A DNA stretch of 64,000 bases from an uncultured delta proteobacterium (GCA_963775425.1 CAVZJB010000011.1:1056001-1120000); one strand, 5' to 3'; counted from the stretch's first letter, positions 19,875 through 29,639 are shown. The notes: generated from the sequence alone by a model not told the origin. Program-made: numbers and translations.

Positions 19875-21875
19875 ATGGGCAAGCGACGGAAGGTCCCGGA
19901 GGACGTGGAGCTGTCGAATCCCGGCATGGCCGTGGGCGCCCGCGATCCCGAGCCCATCGAGGCCACGCTCGAGCCGCCCGACGACGACGAAGAGCCCACC
20001 AACACCACCAAGCCCGCGCGCGACACCGTCGTCATCAACGTGCAGGCCAAGGAGACCGAGGGCTCGCAGTACATGCTCGTGCGGCAGGAGCGGCCGCCGC
20101 CGGCCCACCTGCTCGTCTGCATGGGGGCCAACGTCGGGCACCGCTACCCGGTGGGCGATACCGAGGTGGTGATCGGCCAATCCGACCGCTGCGACATCCG
20201 CCTCGACGACGACCGCGTCTCGAGCCGGCACGCCGAGCTGGTTCGCCGGGGTGGCCGCTACCGCATCTACGACCTCGGCTCGTCCAACGGCACGCTGGTG
20301 AACGCGCAGCGCATCGACGAGATCGACCTGCGCGACGGCGACCTCATCCAGGTCGGCTACACGGTGTTCCGCTACGTCAGCGGCGACGCGCTCGACGTGC
20401 CGCGGCCGCAGCAGATGCAGGAGCGACCGCCCCCGGGGCCGCCTGTCTCGGCGGCCACCACCACTTCGCCCATGGCGCAGCACGACCTGCGGATGCCCGG
20501 GCAGGTGCGTGCGCGCGTCCGCGACGACGACGAGGACGTCTCCTTCGACGAGATGCTGTCGCAACTGCGGCGCATCATCGCCTTCTTCTGGCCGTACCGC
20601 TGGGTCATCACCGGGCTCGGTGCGCTCGGCGTGGTCGCCGGCGTCGTGAGCGCCGTCGCGATGCCGCCGCGCGTGGCCGCGTTCTTCGACGTGCGGCTGC
20701 ACAGCAAGGCGAGCGAGAACCCGCTCGAGAAGTTCGAGGCGTCCAACGTCGAGTTCTTCCGCTCCGCCGCCACCACCTTCCGCAGCACCGGCCTCATCAC
20801 CAAGACGCTGGAGGCGCTCGGGGAGAAGGACCCGTCGCCCGCGGAGGTGCAGTCGGTGCAGGACTCGCTCTACTTCGTGAACACGGGCAGCGAACAGTCG
20901 TCGCAGACGTACACGGGCAACTACCGCGGGCCCACCCCGGAGCGGAGCCTCAAGTTCCTGCAGAAGCACGTCGAGCTCTACCTGCAGGGCGAGATCGACA
21001 AGACGCTCAAGATCATCAAGGCCCAGATCGACTTCCTGCAGTCGCAGCTCGACGACAACGAGAAGGAGCTGCGCTCCACCGAGGAGAAGCTCCTCGCGTT
21101 CAAGAAGAAGAACATCGACGGCCTGCCGGACCAGGCGCGCCAGTACTACGACTACCTCTTCGAGCTGCAGAAGAAGGAAGGCGACCTCGAAAACCAGGCC
21201 AGCCGGCTCGAGGCCGAGGCCTCCGTCAACCAGCGGCGCGTGGCGGCGGAGACGCCGATGGTGGAGAGCCGCTCGCTGGCCACGCGGCCGTATCAACAGG
21301 CCATCGTCGAGGTGAACCGCCAGCTCGCGGAGGCGCGCGCCCGCGGCCTCGCGGACTCCCACCCGGACGTCGTCCAGCTCAAGACCAAGCTCAGCGAGCT
21401 GAAGCGCCTCGCCGAGGAGGCGGCCAACGGGACGGACGACACCGAGGTGGAGCGCACCCGCAACCCCAACTACGACTCCGCCGTCGACCGCGTCGGCCTG
21501 CTGCACGCGCAGGCGGCGGCGGCGCGCCAGGAGCGCAAGCGCTTGCTCGAGGACCAGGAGCGGGTCAAGGGCATCGTCGACAAGCTGCCCAAGCTCGAGG
21601 CGGACTACGCGGACCTTACGCGCTCCTACGACGCCACCAAGCAACTGCACACCCGCATCTTCGACCAGCTCAAGACGGCGCAACTGCAGTACGAGCTCGA
21701 AAAGGCGTCGGCGTCGGCGCGGTACGAGATCATCACGGCGCCGCGCCTCGAGTACGTCTCGCAGGTGCGCATCGTCGGCAAGCGCGGCGGCCTGCTCGGC
21801 CTCGTGGGGCTCGCGCTCGGCGCGATGCTCGCCACCGCGCTCCAGATGCGGAAATATCTCCTCCCCCAGGGGTGA
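19875..21875 (+). CDS. FHA domain fused to a Wzc/GumC-type polysaccharide co-polymerase (no tyrosine-kinase domain)
   Basis: FHA (VIGQS..VSSRHA..DLGSSNGTLVN..LRDGDLIQVG), TM1, long coiled coil with HPDV motif, EADYADLTRSY, YEIITAP, TM2 at the C-terminus. Confidence 0.8.
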   Translation: MGKRRKVPEDVELSNPGMAVGARDPEPIEATLEPPDDDEEPTNTTKPARDTVVINVQAKETEGSQYMLVRQERPPPAHLLVCMGANVGHRYPVGDTEVVIGQSDRCDIRLDDDRVSSRHAELVRRGGRYRIYDLGSSNGTLVNAQRIDEIDLRDGDLIQVGYTVFRYVSGDALDVPRPQQMQERPPPGPPVSAATTTSPMAQHDLRMPGQVRARVRDDDEDVSFDEMLSQLRRIIAFFWPYRWVITGLGALGVVAGVVSAVAMPPRVAAFFDVRLHSKASENPLEKFEASNVEFFRSAATTFRSTGLITKTLEALGEKDPSPAEVQSVQDSLYFVNTGSEQSSQTYTGNYRGPTPERSLKFLQKHVELYLQGEIDKTLKIIKAQIDFLQSQLDDNEKELRSTEEKLLAFKKKNIDGLPDQARQYYDYLFELQKKEGDLENQASRLEAEASVNQRRVAAETPMVESRSLATRPYQQAIVEVNRQLAEARARGLADSHPDVVQLKTKLSELKRLAEEAANGTDDTEVERTRNPNYDSAVDRVGLLHAQAAAARQERKRLLEDQERVKGIVDKLPKLEADYADLTRSYDATKQLHTRIFDQLKTAQLQYELEKASASARYEIITAPRLEYVSQVRIVGKRGGLLGLVGLALGAMLATALQMRKYLLPQG

Positions 21876-21947
21876 CGGCGCGGCGCCGCCGGGCCGCGCG
21901 GATCCTCGGGGTTGATCGCCACCACCGGATCGGGCGAACGTGCAGCA

Positions 21948-22298
21948 ATGTTCGCGCAGGAGCACCTCGTCGACGCGCACGGCTGTGACGAACGGCTGTT
22001 GGCCGACGTCGGCGCCATGAGCGCGGTGTGCGCGCGGCTGGTGCGCGACCTCGAGCTCGTCGTCATCGGCGCGCCACAGTGGCATCGCTTCCCGGACACC
22101 AGCGCCGGTCCCGGCGGGACGACCGGGCTGTATCTACTGAGCGAGTCGCACCTCGCGGTGCACACGTGGCCCGAGCACCGGGCGCTCGCGCTCAACGTCT
22201 GCTGTTGTCGGCCGCGCGCGGCCTTCCCGTTCGAGAGCGTCCTCACCGATCTGCTGCGCGCGGAGGGCGTGGTGGTCCGCACCCTGGAGCGCGGGTGA
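21948..22298 (+). CDS. speD: S-adenosylmethionine decarboxylase proenzyme (short prokaryotic type)
   Basis: EHLVDAHGC...HRF...GGTTGLYLLSESHLAVHTWPE (ES self-cleavage site). Confidence 0.88.
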   Translation: MFAQEHLVDAHGCDERLLADVGAMSAVCARLVRDLELVVIGAPQWHRFPDTSAGPGGTTGLYLLSESHLAVHTWPEHRALALNVCCCRPRAAFPFESVLTDLLRAEGVVVRTLERG

Positions 22299-24208
22299 GC
22301 GCCGCCGGCAACTGCCCGGGCTGCGGCGCGCAGCTCGTCTTTCGCGTGGCGACGTCGGTGGTCGCCGTGTGTCCCTATTGCTCTTCGGTGGTCGCCCGCG
22401 GCGACGCAGGCCTGGTCGATCTCGGCAAGACCAACGAGGTGCTCTCGACGGGCTCGGCGCTGGCCATCGGGCGCAAGGCAACGTTCCGGGGACGCGCCTT
22501 CGAGGTCGCCGGCCGCACGCAACTGCGGCACCAGCTCGGCGGCACCTGGGACGAATGGTACCTCGCCTTCGACGACGGACGCTGGGCCTGGCTCGCGGAG
22601 CACCAGGGGCGCTTCGCGCTGACGCTCGAGGCCGATCCGGCGGCCGCGCCGCGCATCGCGTCGCTCGAGGACGCACAGCCGGGCAAGCGCGTCACCTCCA
22701 CCAAGGGCACGCTCGTCGTGTCCGAGCGCGGCGTCGCAGCCGTGGCGGCCGAGGAGGGGGAGCTGCCGTGGCGGGCGGCGCCCCAGGAGCGCCGCGCCTA
22801 CGTCGACCTCTCCGCCCCCGGCGGCTTCTTCGCCACCCTCGACTTCGGCGTGGTCGACGACGACGACAAGCCGCAGGGGCCGCTGCGCTTCTACTGGGGG
22901 CGCGAGGTCTCCCTCGAAGATCTCGGGCTCGCCTCCGCCGCCGTCTCCGAGCCCAAGCTGCGGCAGGCCGGCGGGCGGGCCATCAACTGCCCCAAGTGCA
23001 ACGGCACCCTCGAGCTCAAGAGCGGCGACGCGCAGAGCGTGGGCTGCCCCTACTGCGGCGCTCTCCTCGACGTGAAGGAGAACGGCGAGCTGGCGTTCCT
23101 GTTCGCGCAGTCGCCAAAGAACAAGCCGCACATCCCGCTCGGCAACAAAGCGCACATCGACGCCGCCTTCCATCGGTACGCGCCGGCGGGGTTGGGGATC
23201 GAGCTCGACGTCGAAGTGGTGGCCTTCGTCGTGCGCTCCGTGAAATTCGACGGCTTCCGATACCAGTTCTCCGAGACCCTCCTGTACGACGAGAAGCAGG
23301 GCTTCTTCTGGCTCGTGGAGAGCGACGGACATTGGACGTTCGTGAAGAACGTCCCGGCGGCGGCGCTCTCCAAGACCATGCTCGGAGGCGACGTCCGCTA
23401 CCAGGGCATGCGCTTCCGTGCGTACCAGGACTCCGAGCCGCGCGTGGAGCAGGTGACGGGCGAGCTGTACTGGAAGGTCAACGCGGGTGAGGAGAGCACC
23501 ATGCGCGACTTCATCCGGCCGCCGTTGATGTTGTCGCGCGAGGTGACCGAGGACGAGGTCAACTGGACGCTCGGCTGGTACGTCGACAAGAGCGACGTCG
23601 AACGCGTCTTCGGCGTCACGCTCGACAAGCCGACCGGCGTCGGCGCCAACCAGCCCTCGCCGTACCTCGACGTGCTCAAGCGCGGCTTCCTCCCGATGGT
23701 GGTGGCGGCGGCGCTCTGCCTCGTGGTCGCCGCGGTCATTCCCGTGCGCAAGCTGGCCGATCAGTGGCTCGCGCTCGAGGCGTCGGCGGCCTCGCCCACC
23801 GGCCGCGACCCGGGGCACGCCTTCTCGCTGTCGCCGCTCCAGATCAGGGACCACAGGAACGTGGTCGTCGATCTCCACACGCCGGACCCGGGCTGGTCGT
23901 ACGTCGAGGGCTCCCTCTTCAAGAGCAGCACCGGCGCGCTTCACAAATTCGACGTGGCCCTGCCGGACACCAAGCACCAGGCCACGCGCTTCAGCGCCAT
24001 GTCGAGCGGCGACTACGCCTTGAACCTCAAGGTCTTCCGCTCGAACTACACCACCGCGGGCAACATCCACGTCACCGTCGCCCAGGGGCGGCCGGGCACC
24101 GGCTGGATCCCGCCGCTCGTCCTCCTCCTCCTCGGCGGCTACGCCGTCGCCCTCAGCGGGCACAGCAAGTTCGAGGCGCTTCGCAACGAGAGCTCGACGT
24201 TCCAATGA
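22295..24208 (+). CDS. DUF4178 domain membrane protein with zinc ribbons
   Basis: CPGC..CPYC and CPKC..CPYC ribbons; G.WDEWYL.F..WLAE and WLVESDGHW repeats; GELYWKV; two C-terminal TMs; GTGA overlap with speD. Confidence 0.8.
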   Translation: MSAAGNCPGCGAQLVFRVATSVVAVCPYCSSVVARGDAGLVDLGKTNEVLSTGSALAIGRKATFRGRAFEVAGRTQLRHQLGGTWDEWYLAFDDGRWAWLAEHQGRFALTLEADPAAAPRIASLEDAQPGKRVTSTKGTLVVSERGVAAVAAEEGELPWRAAPQERRAYVDLSAPGGFFATLDFGVVDDDDKPQGPLRFYWGREVSLEDLGLASAAVSEPKLRQAGGRAINCPKCNGTLELKSGDAQSVGCPYCGALLDVKENGELAFLFAQSPKNKPHIPLGNKAHIDAAFHRYAPAGLGIELDVEVVAFVVRSVKFDGFRYQFSETLLYDEKQGFFWLVESDGHWTFVKNVPAAALSKTMLGGDVRYQGMRFRAYQDSEPRVEQVTGELYWKVNAGEESTMRDFIRPPLMLSREVTEDEVNWTLGWYVDKSDVERVFGVTLDKPTGVGANQPSPYLDVLKRGFLPMVVAAALCLVVAAVIPVRKLADQWLALEASAASPTGRDPGHAFSLSPLQIRDHRNVVVDLHTPDPGWSYVEGSLFKSSTGALHKFDVALPDTKHQATRFSAMSSGDYALNLKVFRSNYTTAGNIHVTVAQGRPGTGWIPPLVLLLLGGYAVALSGHSKFEALRNESSTFQ

Positions 24209-24426
24209 AGCGCTTCTTCTCCACGCGCCCCATGAGGGTCTTCACCGCGTACGCCGGCGTCGTCGCAGGCGGCATGTTGTTCCTGCTCATCAGCGGCACG
24301 GAGGCGTGCCCCGGCCGCCTCGACAGAGACCCCGCGTTCGCCCCTCCCGTCGCCAGCTCCGGCGGCTACAGCGGTGGCCGACACGTCTGGTCCACCGGGG
24401 GCAGCGGCTGGGGCTTCGGCAAGTAG
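24205..24426 (+). CDS. Small membrane protein with a Gly-rich tail (ending GWGFGK)
   Basis: ATGA overlap with the DUF4178 gene; one TM followed by GGYSGG..GGSGWGFGK. Confidence 0.65.
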   Translation: MKRFFSTRPMRVFTAYAGVVAGGMLFLLISGTEACPGRLDRDPAFAPPVASSGGYSGGRHVWSTGGSGWGFGK

Positions 24427-24460
24427 AAACAACCTCTCGCACGAACCAGAAGGAAAGCGC

Positions 24461-24682
24461 ATGGACATCCTCGAGCAGCTCGGCAGGCAGTTCCTGATCA
24501 CGCTCGCGTACACGGTGATGGGCCTCGCGGCCTTCGGCGTCGCCTTCGCCGTCATCGTTCGCGTGACACCCTTCTCCATCAAGAAGGAGATCGAGGACGA
24601 CCAGAACGTCGCGTTCGGCATCGTCATCGCGTCCGTGATCATCGGCATCGCGATGATCGTGGCGGCTACCGTGCATGGTTGA
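24461..24682 (+). CDS. DUF350 membrane protein
   Basis: TPFSIKKEIEDDQNVAFGIVIASVIIGIAMIVAA; AAGGA RBS. Confidence 0.85.
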   Translation: MDILEQLGRQFLITLAYTVMGLAAFGVAFAVIVRVTPFSIKKEIEDDQNVAFGIVIASVIIGIAMIVAATVHG

Positions 24683-26204
24683 CGGCAAGCGGCGGGCCGT
24701 ACCGCTGCTGTTCCTGAACGTCCTCCTGATCGCCGTGTGCGGTCTCGTCTACGAGCTCCTCGCGGGCACGGTGGCGAGCTACCTCCTCGGCGACAGCGTC
24801 ACGCAGTTCTCGCTCGTCATCGGCGTCTACCTCTCGGCCATGGGCGTGGGCGCGTGGTTGTCGCGCTACCTCGACAAGAGCCTCGGCCGCCGCTTCGTCG
24901 ACGTGCAGCTCGCGGTGGCGCTCGTCGGCGGGCTGTCGGCGCCGTTGTTGTTCCTCGCCTTCGGCCGCTCCCACGCCTTTCGCATGGTGCTGTTCCTCGA
25001 CGTGTTCTCCATCGGGGTGCTCGTCGGCCTCGAGCTGCCGCTTTTGATGCGTATCCTCGAGCGCGACCTCGAGCTCAAGGAGCTCGTCGCCCGCGTGCTC
25101 ACGTTCGACTACCTCGGCGCGCTCTTCGCCTCGCTCCTGTTTCCCCTCTTCCTGGTTCCGCACCTCGGGTTGGTGCGCACGTCGTTGGCCATCGGGCTGG
25201 TGAACGCCGGCGTCGGCCTGTGGGCCACGTCGCTGCTCGCGGAGCAAGTGGGCCCGCGGCAGGCCGGCTTGCGCGCGCGGGCGGTGGTGGTGGCGGCGTT
25301 GTTGGTGGCGGGTCTGGTGAAGGCGGACACGCTGTCGCACCTCGCCGACGAGCAGCTCTACTCGGACGCCGTCGTCTACGAGAAGACCACGCCGTATCAG
25401 CGCATCGTGATGACGCAGGGCCGGCAGGGGTTCTCGCTGTTCTTGAACGGCAACCTGCAGTTCGCGAGCGCCGACGAGTACCGCTACCACGAGTCGCTGG
25501 TGCACCCGGCGTTCGCCTCGGTGAGCGACGCCCACGACGTCCTGGTGCTCGGCGGCGGCGACGGCCTCGCCTTGCGCGAGATCTTCAAGCACCCGTCGGT
25601 GCAGCGCGTGACGCTCGTGGATCTCGACCCGGCGATGACGGGGCTGTCCCAGGCGTTTCCGCCGCTCGCGGAGCTCAACCACCACAGCTTCGACGACCCA
25701 CGTCTCACCGTGGTGCACGACGACGCGCTGGTGTGGCTCGAGGATCGCCCCCCGGATGCGCCGAAGTTCGACGTTGCCATCGTCGACTTCCCCGACCCCA
25801 ACCACTACGGCCTCGGCAAGCTCTACACGCGTCGCTTCTACGCGCTCTTGTCGCGTGTCCTCGCCGACGACGGCTGCGCCAGCGTGCAGGCCACGTCGCC
25901 CTTGTTCGTGCGCAAGAGCTACTGGACGGTGGTGACCACGGTGGAGGCCGCGGGCTTCTCGGTCCACCCGTACCAGGCCACGGTGCCCTCCTTCGGCGTG
26001 TGGGGCTTCGCGCTCGCGAAGAAGCACCCGTTCCCCGTCCCGCTGCACGCGCCGTCGGGCCTGCGCTTCCTCGACGACGGCGCCCTGGCGGCGATGTTCG
26101 TGTTCCCTGCGGACATGTCGCGCGTGGACGCCGAGGTGAACCGCCTCGACAACCAGGCGCTCGTCACCGTGTACGAAGCAGAGTCCGCGCGATGGGAGCG
26201 CTGA
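24675..26204 (+). CDS. speE: Polyamine aminopropyltransferase with an N-terminal multi-TM domain
   Basis: GLVYELLAGT..TM domain; TPYQRI, LNGNLQF..DEYRYHESLVHP, VLVLGGGDG, VDFPDP, VPSFGVWGF. Confidence 0.9.
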   Translation: MVDGKRRAVPLLFLNVLLIAVCGLVYELLAGTVASYLLGDSVTQFSLVIGVYLSAMGVGAWLSRYLDKSLGRRFVDVQLAVALVGGLSAPLLFLAFGRSHAFRMVLFLDVFSIGVLVGLELPLLMRILERDLELKELVARVLTFDYLGALFASLLFPLFLVPHLGLVRTSLAIGLVNAGVGLWATSLLAEQVGPRQAGLRARAVVVAALLVAGLVKADTLSHLADEQLYSDAVVYEKTTPYQRIVMTQGRQGFSLFLNGNLQFASADEYRYHESLVHPAFASVSDAHDVLVLGGGDGLALREIFKHPSVQRVTLVDLDPAMTGLSQAFPPLAELNHHSFDDPRLTVVHDDALVWLEDRPPDAPKFDVAIVDFPDPNHYGLGKLYTRRFYALLSRVLADDGCASVQATSPLFVRKSYWTVVTTVEAAGFSVHPYQATVPSFGVWGFALAKKHPFPVPLHAPSGLRFLDDGALAAMFVFPADMSRVDAEVNRLDNQALVTVYEAESARWER

Positions 26205-26286
26205 CGCCGCGGCCCCTCGTCCGCTTTAGCGGCCCGCGCGGGCGCGTCGCGGGGCGGCGGCGTGTCCGCCGCCGGGGGCCGCGCTC

Positions 26287-27997
26287 ATGAACGGCGCCAC
26301 GCGCCGCGACGTGCTTCGCTACGCCCTTGGCGCGCCTTGGTTCCTGGCGGCCTGTGAGGCAGGCGCCGGCGCGCGCGTGCCCGACGGCGAGCTGCTCGAA
26401 TCCAGGGATGTCGCTCGGTCACGCGTTGCGCGACGGGGTGCCGCCGTCGCCGTCGGCGCTTCCGCCGCCGGCGGAGCTCGCGCGCGTCGTCATCGCCGGC
26501 GCCGGCGTCGCGGGTCTCGCGTGCGCGCGGGAGCTGCGGCGGTCGGGCGTCGACGGCGTTCGCATCTTCGAGATCGCCGGCGCCGCCGGGGGCACCGCGC
26601 GCGGCGGCAAGAGCCCGCTCACGCGCTACCCCTGGGGCGCGCACTACATCACGGCGCCGATGCGCGAGAACACGGACCTCGTCGCGTTCCTCGACGACCT
26701 CGGCCTGTTCGACGCTCCGGCAGCAGGCGCGGGCGCCGGCCACGCGACACCCGATGTGGGGCGCGCCCGTGCGGCGCGCGCGGATCGGGACCCCGTGCCT
26801 CGCGAGGAGATCGCGTGCCGCGCGCCGGAGGAGCGGATCTTCTTTCGCGGGCGGTTCTACTCCGGGCTGTATCTGCGCGAGGGCGCCACGTCCGACGACC
26901 TCGCGCAGCTCGCGCGCTTCGGTGAGATCCTCGGCGCGCTCTCCGGGCTCGTCGACGGAGGTGGGCGCGCTTTCGCGATCCCGCGGGAGCGCGAGAGCGC
27001 CGGCTTCGCCGCCCTGCGTCGCGCGCTCGACGGCGTGAGCTTCGCCGCGTGGCTCGACGCCCAGCGCTTCACCTCATGGCGTCTGCGCTGGCTGTGCGAC
27101 TACGCCTGCCGCGACGACTACGGCCTCACGCTCGAGACCACGAGCGCATACGCGGGCCTCTTCTACTTCTGCTCGCGCCGCCGCGCCGCGGAGGCGCAAG
27201 AGCGCCCGGTGATGACCTGGCCTCAGGGAAACGCGTTCCTCGTCGACGCGCTGCGGACGCAGGCGGGCGCGACGGGGCCGGCCTCGCCCACGCCGGTGGC
27301 CCTCGATGACGCCGTCCTCAACGTGGTGCCGGCGGGCGACGCCGTCGACGTGGTGGTCCGCGACAAGGCCGGCCATGTGCGCGTAGTGCGCGCCGAGCAC
27401 GTCGTCCTCGCCGTGCCCCGCTTCATCGCCGCGCGCGTGGCGGCCCCGCTCCGCGAGCGCCCGCGCGACGTCGTGACAGACGAGCTGCGCCGCTTCGACA
27501 CCACGCCGTGGGTGGTGTGCAACCTTCATCTGCGCGAGCACCCGAAGAGCCGCGGCTTTCCGCTGGCGTGGGACACGGTGTTCCTCGAGAGCAAGAGCCT
27601 CGGCTACGTCACCGCCACCCACCAGCGCGGCGCCGACATCGGCCCCACGGTGCTCACCTGGTATATGCCGCTCGTCGAGGGAACGCCCGCGGACGCCCGG
27701 CGCAAGCTCGTTTCACTCTCGCGCGCCGAGTGGGCCGAAGCCGCCGTCTCCGACATCGCCATCGCGCACCCCGGCGCGCGCAACCTCGTCGAGCGCGTCG
27801 ACGTCTGCCGCTGGGGCCACGCCATGATTCGCCCGGAGGTCGGCCTGTTTTCCTCGGGCGTCCTCGAGAGCGCGCAGCGGCCGACGGGCCGCATCCACTT
27901 CGCGCACACGGACCTCTCGGGGGTGGCGCTCTTCGAGGAGGCGTTCTTTCACGGCGTGCGCGCGGCCCGCGAGATCGTCGCGGCGAGGTCGGCGTGA
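26287..27997 (+). CDS. Tat-exported FAD-dependent amine oxidase-like protein (one +1 frameshift at about 26400)
   Basis: TRRDVL Tat motif and FLAAC lipobox; removing one A at GAATC 26398-26402 gives ELLDPGMSLGHALRDG, then GAGVAGL, PWGAHY, RWGHAM, FAHTDLSGVALFEEA. Confidence 0.82.
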
Positions 27998-29055
27998 CCG
28001 GCACCGACGGCGAGCGGGCGCCGTGGTTGTTCTCCCGGAACCTCGACGTCGCCGCGTTCGGCGGCAGCGCACTCCTGTCGCTCGCGCTCGTGGCCGTGGG
28101 CGTCCCGCTCGGCATCGTGGACAAGGACACGCCCGAGTGGACGTGGATCGCCACCGTGCTGCTCGTCGACGTCGCGCACGTGTGGGGCTCGATCCTCCTC
28201 GTGTACACGGATCCGCAGGAGCTGCAGCGCCGCCCGCTGCTCTACGGCCTCGTGCCGGTGCTGTGTTACGGCCTCGGCGTCGCCGTCTGCACCGAGAGCA
28301 GCGCGTGGTTCTGGCGCGCGCTCGCGTACCTGGCGGTGCTTCACTTCGTGCGGCAGCAAACGGGGTGGGTGAAGCTCTACCGCGCCCGCGCCCGCGACGA
28401 CGGCGGCGCCTTCATCGACCTCGGTGCCACCTACGCCGCCACGCTCGGTCCCCTCGTGTGGTGGCATGCGCACCTGCCGACGTCGTTTCAGTGGTTCGTC
28501 GACGGGGACTTCGTTTGCGGCCTCCCCGCGGTGTGCGGCACCGTCGCCCTCGTCGTGGAGGCGGCGTTCCTCGTTGCCTACGGCGTCCGCGCCGCGCGGT
28601 CGTGGGCGCGCGGCCGCGGAAACCCGGGCAAGGACCTCGTCGTCGTGACCACGGCCCTTCTGTGGTGGCTCGGCATCGTCGCGCTCGGCTCCGACTACGC
28701 CTTCACCGTCACCAACGTCCTCATCCACGGCATCCCCTACGCGTTCCTCATCGCGTGGACGGCCCGGCGCCGCCGCGAGCAAGGGCTCTCGGTCGCGTTT
28801 CCGCTGCGGCACGCGGTCGTCGTCCTGGTGCTCGCGCTGTGGACGTGCGCGTTCTTCGAAGAGGGCTTGTGGGATCGACTGGTGTGGCACGAGCGCCCTT
28901 GGTTGTTCCCCGGTGCCGCCGTCGACCTCGAAGACCTGCGCGCGTACGTGGTCCCGTTGCTCGCGCTCCCGCAGCTCGTGCACTACGTCCTCGACGGCTT
29001 CTTGTGGAAGCGCCGTGACAACAAGGTGCTCGCGTCCGCCGTGTCGGCGCCCTGA
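27994..29055 (+). CDS. Conserved multi-pass membrane protein with His motifs
   Basis: VDVAHVW, LHFVRQQ.GW, IHGIPY, PQLVHYVLDGFLWK; GTGA overlap with the oxidase gene. Confidence 0.75.
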   Translation: MTGTDGERAPWLFSRNLDVAAFGGSALLSLALVAVGVPLGIVDKDTPEWTWIATVLLVDVAHVWGSILLVYTDPQELQRRPLLYGLVPVLCYGLGVAVCTESSAWFWRALAYLAVLHFVRQQTGWVKLYRARARDDGGAFIDLGATYAATLGPLVWWHAHLPTSFQWFVDGDFVCGLPAVCGTVALVVEAAFLVAYGVRAARSWARGRGNPGKDLVVVTTALLWWLGIVALGSDYAFTVTNVLIHGIPYAFLIAWTARRRREQGLSVAFPLRHAVVVLVLALWTCAFFEEGLWDRLVWHERPWLFPGAAVDLEDLRAYVVPLLALPQLVHYVLDGFLWKRRDNKVLASAVSAP

Positions 29056-29061
29056 AGCTCA

Positions 29062-29532
29062 GAGGCTGGCGCGTAACGTGATCCATCGGGATCCGCGTCA
29101 TCGAGAGCGCCGCGAGTGGCGACGAGGGCTCCGAGCCACCCGGAAGGGGACGGTGCTACGGCCACACGGCGGAGCGGAAAGGAGCTCCGGCGGTGGCGAC
29201 GTTGTCTCGCCTTCGCTGATTCCGAGCGCCCAAGCTGAAGACCCAGGCCGTGGACGACCTCATCGGCCCCGAGCACCCGGCTCGCCTGATCGACCGCGTG
29301 ATCGGTGGGCTCGACCTCGACACTACGTAGGGGGCAGCGAAGGTGACGACGGTCGCCCTGATGGCAGCCGTGGCCTTCAACCTGCTGCAGAACCTCGCGA
29401 AGCTCACCGCCTGAAGTCCGCGCCGACGTCGCATCGAGGCACGTCGGCGCGCACACGACCCGCACGAACCCGCCACGTGCGCTGATAGCGGGATCACAAC
29501 ACCGCTCGGACCCGCCGTTTCCTCACAACCTG
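29062..29532 (+). mobile_element. Internally deleted IS1182-family element remnant
   Basis: Transposase N-terminal piece (AVDDLIGPEHPARLIDRVIGGLDL) abuts, in the same frame across a TAG, a C-terminal piece (GAAKVTTVALMAAVAFNLLQ, stop at 29414). Candidate right end GTTTCCTCACAACCTG at 29517-29532; the left end is only a weak match. Confidence 0.6.
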
Positions 29533-29561
29533 CAGCGGCTCTTGCGCGCCGACGTGCCTCG
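29435..29561. repeat. 19-bp perfect inverted repeat pair
   Basis: CGAGGCACGTCGGCGCGCA (29435-29453) and TGCGCGCCGACGTGCCTCG (29543-29561). Confidence 0.8.
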
Positions 29562-29639
29562 CCACGTACTCCGCGCGGCGAGCCACCTTGTGGGCGGCTT
29601 CGCCGAGTGCTGCTACGAGCCCTATTTTTCGTCAGCCTT

